Both the position numbers and the translations under genes were made by a program. Of a DNA stretch of 64,000 nt, positions 56,068 through 64,000 are shown piece by piece. How positions within the stretch are numbered: the first letter of the stretch is position 1; the number at the start of each line of letters is the position of its first letter. Source of the stretch: Cyclobacteriaceae bacterium (lineage in GTDB: Bacteria; Bacteroidota; Bacteroidia; Cytophagales; Cyclobacteriaceae). The notes below the pieces were generated by a model. That model ran no database searches, had not been told where the DNA came from, and saw only the letters and a list, made by a program, of their open reading frames with translations. The stretch spans positions 110,526 to 174,525 of the forward strand of contig JALHOT010000006.1 in assembly GCA_022842845.1 (NCBI GenBank), in the 5' to 3' direction.

Positions 56068-56813
56068 CTAAATCTGCTGATTACTATGGAAGCCACTACC
56101 TGACTCAAGAACAGCTAGAGAAGGAAAGAGCTGAAATCGAGGAATATCTTGATTTGAAGGCGTATCACTCTAATGGGTATAGTCATCCATTGCTTCCGGT
56201 AATTACAAATGAGAAACCTAATCGTTTCCAGATGTTTAGGTGGGGCTTAATCCCCTTTTTTATCAAAACAGAAAAGGATGCTGAACAAATTAAGAAAAAA
56301 TGCCTCAATGCCATGGGGGAGACTATCTGGGAACGTCCTTCCTACAGGGAAGCATCCAAAAAGAGACGCTGCCTAATTGTCCTTGATGGATTTTTCGAAC
56401 ACCATGCCTACAATGGGAAGAAATATCCGTTTTTCATCAGCCTTAAAAATGATGAACCCATGACTGTCGCGGGTTTATGGGAGCAATGGGAAAACAAAGT
56501 AACTGGGGAAGTAAAACACACCACTACTATTGTTACTACTGTCGGAAATGATATGATGAGTTTTATTCATAACTCAAAAAGGACAGAAGAAGTAGGCCCT
56601 CGAATGCCATTAATCCTACCCAAAGAACTTATGCGGGATTGGCTACGGCCAATCAATGATAATGCGGACAAGGAGTTACTAAAGGAGTTAATTAAACCCT
56701 TTGAAACAGACGAGATGCAAGCTTGGCCGGTAAGGCAATTACTTGGGAAAAATGGAGTTGGTAATTCCCCTTTTGCCAAGGAGCCATTTTACTATGAGGA
56801 ATTACCGATTTAG
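56043..56813 (+). CDS. SOS response-associated peptidase (SRAP/HMCES family)
   Basis: N-terminal MC, FRWGLIP, RRCLIVLDGFFE, GLWEQW, IHN...RMPLIL. Confidence 0.9.
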   Translation: MCVDTEQLTKSADYYGSHYLTQEQLEKERAEIEEYLDLKAYHSNGYSHPLLPVITNEKPNRFQMFRWGLIPFFIKTEKDAEQIKKKCLNAMGETIWERPSYREASKKRRCLIVLDGFFEHHAYNGKKYPFFISLKNDEPMTVAGLWEQWENKVTGEVKHTTTIVTTVGNDMMSFIHNSKRTEEVGPRMPLILPKELMRDWLRPINDNADKELLKELIKPFETDEMQAWPVRQLLGKNGVGNSPFAKEPFYYEELPI

Positions 56814-56831
56814 AAAATAGCAATAATATTT

Positions 56832-57608
56832 TTAGCACAATATTTTTCCTGTTTCAAGGTCAATCTCTACATCAACTTCGAAAACATTGTATAATGGTTC
56901 ATTCCTCAATATCATTCCAATTGCATCTCTGTCGGCAAGGGAAATATTATACCCATAAATTATTCCCTTTAGTGCTGAACAAGGAATAAAGTATGTACTG
57001 TCATGAGGACGGTATTCTTCTTTACCATTGAAATCAAGATAAATCCTGACCTCCCTTTCATATTTCCAATTTAGATCTTTAGCTGATAAAATAGGAATGT
57101 TTGAATCGTACCCTATTTCACCATTCTTCTCCCAAAGCGTTAATTCTGGTTTAATTCCATACCTTATTTCATTTAACCTAAAACCACTATGCACATCTGC
57201 CAAACTTTCCATTAATATATGCTTATCATAAACCAAACAAAGACCTGTGTGCTTGTTTGCGTAATGTGCCCACATTAATGATTCTGTTGCAGTTTTTGAA
57301 AAGCATGTGATCCTATATTTAGTCAATTCATTCTCATACCAATAACGCATATAGAATTTAAAGAAATTACTCTTCAATTTTCTTGGATCTAAGTTCCAAA
57401 AGTATTGATCCAATTTCTTATTAATTATAAATTTCTCAATTGCCTTCGTGCTTGGTTTAAAGTCGATATTTTTAATTTTAACAATTCCCTCCAACTGGTC
57501 ATTCATTAAATCTGGTTGATTGAAATGAAGTTGACTCAGAATTAAATTTTTATACGTAAACTCGTTAGTCGACACGAACTTGTAGAGATATTCTTTTTTG
57601 GAATTCAT
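56832..57608 (-). CDS. DUF2971 domain protein
   Basis: ITCFS...LMWAHYANKHTGLCL and K...WKYEREVR motifs. Confidence 0.85.
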   Translation of the reverse strand: MNSKKEYLYKFVSTNEFTYKNLILSQLHFNQPDLMNDQLEGIVKIKNIDFKPSTKAIEKFIINKKLDQYFWNLDPRKLKSNFFKFYMRYWYENELTKYRITCFSKTATESLMWAHYANKHTGLCLVYDKHILMESLADVHSGFRLNEIRYGIKPELTLWEKNGEIGYDSNIPILSAKDLNWKYEREVRIYLDFNGKEEYRPHDSTYFIPCSALKGIIYGYNISLADRDAIGMILRNEPLYNVFEVDVEIDLETGKILC

Positions 57609-57697
57609 AATTATCGTTTTTCAATTTCTGAAACTCCTATCAAAGCCCTTTCCCAAACTTTGTATAAGAACCACATTGAATACATTCTGCCATATCT

Positions 57698-59008
57698 TTA
57701 TGCTAAGATTGTTTCTATTGCTTTTTTGAGTTTACTACCAAGAGCATCAAATGATGTCATCGACCAAAAGGGTATCTCTACTACCTTTACCTTAATAAGC
57801 TGGTTATCGTCAAAACCTGACTGAATTTCGAAAGTATCGATAGCAGCATTATTTTCGGTAGCATTCGGATAAATCAGCATTACTTCATGACAACCCCTGC
57901 GATAAGCATAGCTTAGCACCTGATATAAGTCTGATTGAGAAACACCCTTTTTCTTATCTGCATAAGAGTATTCTCTGATTTTATACTTTGCATCTACAAT
58001 GATTTTTCTTCCTGTTGCCCCTTCTGTCAGGAAGATATCATGTTGCATTTGGAAAGCATCTGGATTTGATGCCAGGTAGGCATTTGATTTTTGATACTCC
58101 ACCTTCCATTGATCAGAGAAATGAGCCTCAAGGAAACCTGCCAAGAAATCCTCAAAGATGTATTCCATAGGGAATAATAAACACCATTGAGAAAAGTTAT
58201 AGGTGTTGTGTGAATAGATTTGCTGGTTGAGGATGGTCTTGCTCATTTCCATGATGAGTGTGTAGTCATCAAAGAAAGGATTCAGTTTTACTGAATTAAC
58301 ATCCATTATGGTGACCGGTGTGTCCTCTACTTCATCTAATACAAATACAATCTCCTGAAGTAGTCTCTGATTCTCTTGAAACTTTGTTTGATTTAACAAA
58401 AGGCGTGAGCAGTACTTAATGATTCTGTTTACTTTATTATCATAAAGGAATGGCTCATGATCCACCTCAATCTGATGATAATTCCCTGTAACCACACTCT
58501 TATTGATGTACCTGCCAAAATTAATACTACCCCTTGGTGTGGTTACTCTTTCTTCCACAGCCTGATATTGCATGAAGGGATGCGTGGATATGGTATCTAA
58601 AAACTGTGTAGCAATCAGGTAAATGATTAATTCCGGAAAGGTATCAATGTCTGAATTGTCGAGATTGGCCTGGTTGAAAGGAAAACGCCATTTGCGACAG
58701 TAGGAAAACCAATAAAAGATATGCTTAAGCATCAGATTCTTGTCCGGACTCTGAAGGCCCTTAAACACTTTAGGATAAATCTCAATCAGTTCATTCTCGT
58801 GTTGAATGAAGCCTATGTAGTTATTGGCTCTTACTGTATTATCATCAAATTGAAGAAAGGGCTGATACTTATTATCAATAGTTTCATCAATATCATCCTC
58901 TTGGGTCTCTTCTCTACTGCGCTGCTGCCAGATAGTGCGAAGAAAATCCTTTAGTTCATCCTTTCTCTGAACGTTTTGCCATTTACCATATTCGAAAAGT
59001 GGGCTCAT
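57698..59008 (-). CDS. mcrC: McrC-family nuclease subunit
   Basis: LLFPMEYIFEDF, QHDIFL...IIVDAKYK (PD-D/ExK), SDLYQVLSYA; overlaps mcrB. Confidence 0.88.
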   Translation of the reverse strand: MSPLFEYGKWQNVQRKDELKDFLRTIWQQRSREETQEDDIDETIDNKYQPFLQFDDNTVRANNYIGFIQHENELIEIYPKVFKGLQSPDKNLMLKHIFYWFSYCRKWRFPFNQANLDNSDIDTFPELIIYLIATQFLDTISTHPFMQYQAVEERVTTPRGSINFGRYINKSVVTGNYHQIEVDHEPFLYDNKVNRIIKYCSRLLLNQTKFQENQRLLQEIVFVLDEVEDTPVTIMDVNSVKLNPFFDDYTLIMEMSKTILNQQIYSHNTYNFSQWCLLFPMEYIFEDFLAGFLEAHFSDQWKVEYQKSNAYLASNPDAFQMQHDIFLTEGATGRKIIVDAKYKIREYSYADKKKGVSQSDLYQVLSYAYRRGCHEVMLIYPNATENNAAIDTFEIQSGFDDNQLIKVKVVEIPFWSMTSFDALGSKLKKAIETILA

Positions 59009-60777
59009 TCAGCTTTTGAGAGAATGTCCCAGGAATAGGTCTTTGAATTATAGCTTACGGACCAATCCGTGTCTTTGAAAATATCGCTCACCAAGTTGAT
59101 CTTACCGGAAAAGTACTCCATTAATAAAGGGATCACCTTGTTTCTAAGCGTTAGTTCAATGCTACTACCATTCATGAAATAGGCATGACCTATTAGATAA
59201 TCAGAAGAGTTTTTGAGGGAGTAAATCTTTTCATTGATCTTTTCTAATAAAGCCGCTGCTTCTGGATTATAGCCTTCATACATCGGATAAAAACCCCTAA
59301 ACTCAAATCGCCTGCGCAATGCGATATCAATTAAAGCAATTGACTTATCGGCTGTGTTCATGGTGCCTATTACGTACAGGTTTGAAGGAATACCAAAATC
59401 TCTCTCTCCATTAGGCAATGATACTCGAAGCTCATTGTCTCTTCCTATACGTTTATCATCTTCCAATAAGGTGATAAGCTCCCCAAACACTTTTGAAATG
59501 TTTGCTCGGTTTATCTCATCAATGACAAGCACATAATTTAAGAGGTCAACTTTCGACTTTTCATTCTTACCAATAGACCAAAGCTTATCTAAAAGAGGAA
59601 CGTAATAATATTTTAGACCGCTCGTAAATTGCCGTGTACCTTCGTACAATTCCTTTATTGTATCAAGGCTTAATGTATGCTCTGTACCACCAGATTGCTT
59701 TCTGAAACCAAGATTGCTTGGATTAATATCGGTTATCCAAAAGGAGGCCTTATCGGAAGCCATTTTAATTTCTATTTCTTCACCATTCTCTTGAAGCGGT
59801 CGAAGGAAAGTAGAAATAACTTGTTCAAAAGGTTTTAGCGTTTCACTTGGCTCTCTGTTACTTAGGTAGTTTTGCTCGGCACGCTTACATATCTTATAAA
59901 ATATTCCCTCCCATTTTCTAAACTGCAATTGGCTGGTTCCTGTTAATTCAGGTTTAATACCCACCATAAAGTCCTCATAGGTGTAGTTTTGATGAAAGGT
60001 GACGAACTCAATTTGACCCTCCTTACGGAGTCGATCAAATTCAGCTTTATTCGACTTATGATCGGATGATTTACCATTAGCTAAAGTTACTGCCAAATCA
60101 ATGCTGTTATAGGTCTTCCCTGTACCTGGAGGGCCGTAAAGTATCGTGTTCAAACTAAATCTTCTAATGTTACTTGAACCATCAAAAGTAGGCCTCAAAG
60201 CAGACTGCAAAAGATTATTGCGACACTCCATGACACGCTCGAGATTACGAAGAAATCGCTCTTCAGGAATGAAAAAATCATTTTCTAATTTAAGTTCGCG
60301 AATGAGATCATCAACTTGGGGCTTATCCCTCATCAAAAAAGTACGAAGGTTTTTGGTATAGTTATTGGTATCAAAGTATACTCGTGCTTTGTTAGAAACC
60401 TCACGCTTAGCATTAGGAAAGATTTTATAAAGACCTTCATAAAAGGGCAAATGCTCTTCCTTGGCTGGAGCGTTGTATACCCACTCAATATAGTTTAAGG
60501 GTTCCTCAGGATTTTGCATGTTTACAACAAAGCCAAAAGACCTTGTCTTATTCTTCCAGTCGTTAGGTATATAAAACCCAATAAATATATAATGACTACC
60601 TGGGAACCAATACCCGCGTTCTAATCGACTTTCACCCTCATCATCTTCTTCACTTCGCCTACTGCCACGTGACCTAAGGCTGAAGACAAATTCAGGATGA
60701 TTGGCACGATAATCAAGTAAATCATTTAAAAGTTGATCATTAAGTTCAACTATCCTTTTTTCAATTTCAGCTTCCAT
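59005..60777 (-). CDS. mcrB: McrB-family AAA+ GTPase with a non-canonical N-terminal domain
   Basis: GPPGTGKT, FVTFHQNYTYEDF, LVIDEINRAN, GTMNTADKS, LRRRF. Confidence 0.92.
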   Translation of the reverse strand: MEAEIEKRIVELNDQLLNDLLDYRANHPEFVFSLRSRGSRRSEEDDEGESRLERGYWFPGSHYIFIGFYIPNDWKNKTRSFGFVVNMQNPEEPLNYIEWVYNAPAKEEHLPFYEGLYKIFPNAKREVSNKARVYFDTNNYTKNLRTFLMRDKPQVDDLIRELKLENDFFIPEERFLRNLERVMECRNNLLQSALRPTFDGSSNIRRFSLNTILYGPPGTGKTYNSIDLAVTLANGKSSDHKSNKAEFDRLRKEGQIEFVTFHQNYTYEDFMVGIKPELTGTSQLQFRKWEGIFYKICKRAEQNYLSNREPSETLKPFEQVISTFLRPLQENGEEIEIKMASDKASFWITDINPSNLGFRKQSGGTEHTLSLDTIKELYEGTRQFTSGLKYYYVPLLDKLWSIGKNEKSKVDLLNYVLVIDEINRANISKVFGELITLLEDDKRIGRDNELRVSLPNGERDFGIPSNLYVIGTMNTADKSIALIDIALRRRFEFRGFYPMYEGYNPEAAALLEKINEKIYSLKNSSDYLIGHAYFMNGSSIELTLRNKVIPLLMEYFSGKINLVSDIFKDTDWSVSYNSKTYSWDILSKAE

Positions 60778-60900
60778 CGTTCTTATAAAGATATCTATTA
60801 AAACAAAGGCGATAATTCAATGTCAAAGTACTTTCAAATAATACTACCTAACACATTAGTAACAATACTTCTACGGGAGTAATCAAACTAAATATTTCAA

Positions 60901-63459
60901 CTAAACTGGAAACATATTAATGAATTCCTTTGGAACTAGACCATTTTCGCAATCGGACTTCAATTCAAAAGCCATGAATTGATTTTCTTTATACTTACTT
61001 AAGTATTCAAGCAACTTATTTCTATTTTTATATTCAGTAAGACTAGTCAAGAACGTCTCAAATTCTTCATAGCTATCAAAAACCTTGAATAAATAGGGTT
61101 CAAAAACAAATTCATAAGAATGATTTGGAATTGAGGCAGGTCTAATTAATAAATTTAAATATCCAGTATACTTCCCACTAAGAATAAATTCTTTCAATGC
61201 AACGATTACACTAGTATTTAACACAACATTATTCTCCGTATTAATATCATGATAATTATTATAGAAAATTCTCATGCCAGAATTATCAATCTCTTGAATT
61301 GTGTTTAGATAACTCTTAAATAAATAAGAATTTATTTCTTCCAACTCCTCTTTAGATAATATAAAGGAATAACTTGGCTCTTTAAGATACTTATAAACAT
61401 AACTAAAGATCAGATTACTTCTTCCATGAAATGTAAAATCATCATTTCTAAATAAACTTTGAAAATATCTTTTCACTTCCAATTTGTCTGCAAAGTAACT
61501 TTTGATAAATCTGTTATCAAAATCAAAAAATTTATCAAACAAATCCTTTGGAATAGGAATTCCGATAGATTCAATTTTTAATAGAATAAAAATTGAATTC
61601 TCATAACCCAATCTAGTAGATATCAGAGATGGAAATTTTGTTCTTAAATAATTAAAGATTAAAATAGGCTTGGACCCAACACCATTCATTAAGAGAATAC
61701 TTTCCACATATTTCTTCCATTCCACTTGATTTAAGTGTTTTAAGAAATCCTCAAATTCTGAAGCTTTAAGTACTCTATTGTCAAAAATCAATTTGAAGTA
61801 TATATGAAAATAGTCAGCATTTCTCAAGGAATTAAGAGGCAATTCAATATGATCATACGCAAACCCACCCACCTTCCGATTTTCAAAAAGAAAAACGAAA
61901 GCATCTACAATGGTGTCAATATCATATGATGAAAGATGATACTTATTATTTTTATGAATTTCATTCTGCAATAGATGCCGTTTTAGTAATGGAACATCTT
62001 CCTTTAAGCCTGATTTCGATAATGATAAATAGCTTATTTGATTTATTATCTTAATTGCTGACCAATCTAAATAAACACGATTAAATTTATAAAAATGTGA
62101 AAGTACTTGTGGATATCTAAATCTTAGTAATTCCAAAATAAAGAGTTCTTCTCTAACAAGTTCAGTAGATGCCTTATTGAAACTAAATCTTAAGTGCTGT
62201 TTGAATCGCTCAACATCTCGATGGCTAGTAATAAATTTCCGGAAAATAGAAATTTCCGCAGAATAACTTTCAAGCTTGTTATTAAATGCAAGTTCATGAA
62301 TAAGGAATTCATTTAGATTATCAATCAAATAGTCTTGATTGACTTCTGGTAATACATATTCAAAGTCGAATATCTTATCAATGAATTTATGAGGATTATA
62401 CTTAGTGAACTGCCTTATCGCATTTGTAACATATCCCCTATCGAAGGCAGTTAAGTAAACAGTATTCCGGAAATTTGCTGTATTTCTAATAAGTTTAAAG
62501 AATTCAACAATTTCCTTTTGATCGAGCCTATCAAGATCATCGCATATTACTATTACTTGACGCCTAATTCTTCTTAATGCCTGATTAATCAATTCAAAAT
62601 CATTTCCTACTGTTGAAGATTCTGATATAACGTCATTAAATGAGTCAAGCAGTCTAGTGGCTATGTTGGATTCCGTATTGGATATTGATGCATAATAGCG
62701 ATCAAATAAAGATTCAATGTTTGCATCATACTTATTCAACGATGATTTAAACTCTTGAAAGAAATTATGAATTAATGATTCATTTGAATAGTTCAACCAT
62801 GGTTGAAATCTAATAATGATCTTGCTTTTGGGGTCTAATGAATTTTGAATTAAATTCAAGAAAGACGACTTCCCACCGGCCCACTCACTTATTATTGCAA
62901 TGGAGTAGGATTCATTGAAAAAACTCCTATTAATTTCATACGCAATCCGTTCAGCAAATATTGATCGATTTAATTTATCTTCTGAGCTATTTTTAATTGG
63001 CCGAACTAGGTGAAGAATTGAACTATTTACGTCTTTATTTCTACCAAAAGTATTAGCCAATATGGAAATTAACTCAAATAATCCAATAAGCACAAATAAA
63101 TCAAAGTACTTTATAGTATAATTAACTGGGTAGTACTGCCAAGATCTGTAGAAAAAACGATCTGCAAAATAAATTGTTAATATGCATATCAATAAAAATA
63201 ACCATTTGCTATTTGATAATTGCCTTCTCCATATCCGAAAACAATAAAATATAGCAGCCGTAACTATCCATATAATAAAAACCAAATTTGTACTTGATTC
63301 TTGTCTTACTAACTTAAACCAAAGACTAAGTTGTGACGTTGCTAAAAGTATTGTTATACTGTCATGAAAGAGTATATAAATAGAGAGTATGCTAAGCCAA
63401 ATAAAAAACCTTTTCGTCATAAACTCTCCTGATAAAAGATTCTTAAATTTTATAAACAT
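60901..63459 (-). CDS. KAP-family P-loop NTPase with N-terminal TM helices and a long C-terminal region
   Basis: DKLNRSIFA, Walker A variant SEWAGGKSS, FQPW, Walker B ICDDLDRL, FIDKIFD. Start uncertain (63510, 63459 or 63420). Confidence 0.85.
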   Translation of the reverse strand: MFIKFKNLLSGEFMTKRFFIWLSILSIYILFHDSITILLATSQLSLWFKLVRQESSTNLVFIIWIVTAAIFYCFRIWRRQLSNSKWLFLLICILTIYFADRFFYRSWQYYPVNYTIKYFDLFVLIGLFELISILANTFGRNKDVNSSILHLVRPIKNSSEDKLNRSIFAERIAYEINRSFFNESYSIAIISEWAGGKSSFLNLIQNSLDPKSKIIIRFQPWLNYSNESLIHNFFQEFKSSLNKYDANIESLFDRYYASISNTESNIATRLLDSFNDVISESSTVGNDFELINQALRRIRRQVIVICDDLDRLDQKEIVEFFKLIRNTANFRNTVYLTAFDRGYVTNAIRQFTKYNPHKFIDKIFDFEYVLPEVNQDYLIDNLNEFLIHELAFNNKLESYSAEISIFRKFITSHRDVERFKQHLRFSFNKASTELVREELFILELLRFRYPQVLSHFYKFNRVYLDWSAIKIINQISYLSLSKSGLKEDVPLLKRHLLQNEIHKNNKYHLSSYDIDTIVDAFVFLFENRKVGGFAYDHIELPLNSLRNADYFHIYFKLIFDNRVLKASEFEDFLKHLNQVEWKKYVESILLMNGVGSKPILIFNYLRTKFPSLISTRLGYENSIFILLKIESIGIPIPKDLFDKFFDFDNRFIKSYFADKLEVKRYFQSLFRNDDFTFHGRSNLIFSYVYKYLKEPSYSFILSKEELEEINSYLFKSYLNTIQEIDNSGMRIFYNNYHDINTENNVVLNTSVIVALKEFILSGKYTGYLNLLIRPASIPNHSYEFVFEPYLFKVFDSYEEFETFLTSLTEYKNRNKLLEYLSKYKENQFMAFELKSDCENGLVPKEFINMFPV

Positions 63460-63469
63460 TCCAGATTTT

Positions 63470-64000
63470 CTAATCATTCCATTCAACTGGTTTAGCAAGT
63501 TGATACCCACTAGCTTTAGTTACTATTGGTGGGAGTTGACTCTCTGCTAATTTCTTTCTACCAATTACCATCCAACCCTTTGCCGCAGCAGCCACTGTTT
63601 GGTTATGACGTTTAGGAGGGAAGGCAACAAAAACTCTTTTCTGTCTAAATAAATCGTGGACGGCACGAACGGGAGGCACCAAGTCGCTGTCACCGGAAAT
63701 AAGCATCGCGGTATCATAACGATCTTGGAAGGCATCTACGATAATATGAGTGGCAATATTTACATCAGTCATTTTCTCGTTTTGATCGAGCCACAAATGA
63801 CCGCATCTTTTACATTCTACTTTGTTTGATTGATAATGACCATATATTAACTCTACACCCTGACACTCCAAAGCCTCTAAATAGGTTGTTTGCCTTTTCT
63901 GTTTACTTGGATTATTGGTAACCCGTGAAGTGAAGTACTTAACACCAACTATTTGTTGTGTAGGCTTTAATAGATTTTGAGCAAGCAAATAGACATTAAG
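63470..64000 (-). CDS. NYN-domain (LabA/DUF88, PIN-like) nuclease, 5' partial
   Basis: EKMTDVNIA, LISGDSDLVP; the frame stays open to the window edge. Confidence 0.88.
   Translation of the reverse strand, partial: LNVYLLAQNLLKPTQQIVGVKYFTSRVTNNPSKQKRQTTYLEALECQGVELIYGHYQSNKVECKRCGHLWLDQNEKMTDVNIATHIIVDAFQDRYDTAMLISGDSDLVPPVRAVHDLFRQKRVFVAFPPKRHNQTVAAAAKGWMVIGRKKLAESQLPPIVTKASGYQLAKPVEWND

Larger units (their letters stand above)
51425..64000. mobile_element. Integrative genomic island (right boundary outside the window)
   Basis: att fragment plus intact tyrosine integrase, visibly AT-richer sequence, defence-type cargo. Confidence 0.8.

Noticed and set aside
32680-59380. Other TACGTA hexamers (around 32685, 47020, 57554, 59373) as operator copies
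   Set aside because: They lie inside coding sequence and lack the second half-site; hexamers of this kind are expected by chance.
1506-60498. Numerous 60-180 aa ORFs in the track that overlap long genes, mostly antisense (e.g. 10673-11053, 14652-15110, 25753-26178, 30761-31294)
   Set aside because: They are shadows of well-supported genes, with no independent motifs.
1-64000. CRISPR array, rRNA, IS transposase or phage structural genes
   Set aside because: No regularly spaced repeats or matching motifs were seen by eye.

Overview
Bacteroidota chromosomal window, probably Cytophagales-like. This is inferred from TAnnTTTG-type promoters, DUF4252/ECF, AsmA, TonB-dependent and PD40-OmpA genes, and GAF-PAS receptors. 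There are three zones. (1) 1-21.9 kb is mostly ordinary envelope/housekeeping DNA: an ECF sigma/anti-sigma/DUF4252x3/ABC operon with an apparent autoregulatory ECF promoter, AsmA, a TBDR, ArfB, two OmpA proteins, cystathionine beta-synthase, PBP1C, and a compact prokaryotic pentameric ligand-gated ion channel. (2) 21.9-49.6 kb is a large signal-transduction block. It holds a complete F1-like chemosensory operon (44-heptad soluble PAS receptor, cheW-cheD-cheY-cheB-cheA-cheC-[GAF/PAS protein]-cheR), with no flagellar genes in the window. An unknown 174-aa gene and a 55-aa membrane peptide missing from the ORF track lead the operon. Also present are four sensor kinases (one of 2677 aa), a NarL-type regulator and a probable 6S RNA. 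A 16-bp pseudo-palindrome (TACGTAG-NN-CTACnGA) recurs 49-96 bp upstream of five transcription units, which suggests a local regulon. (3) From 51.4 kb to the window end is an AT-rich integrative element. It starts at a 22-bp tRNA-Cys 3'-end fragment next to a tyrosine integrase and carries defence-like cargo: a Mrr-like nuclease, SRAP, DUF2971, McrBC with an atypical N-terminus, a membrane KAP NTPase and a NYN nuclease. All family calls come from motif recognition only; no database searches were run.
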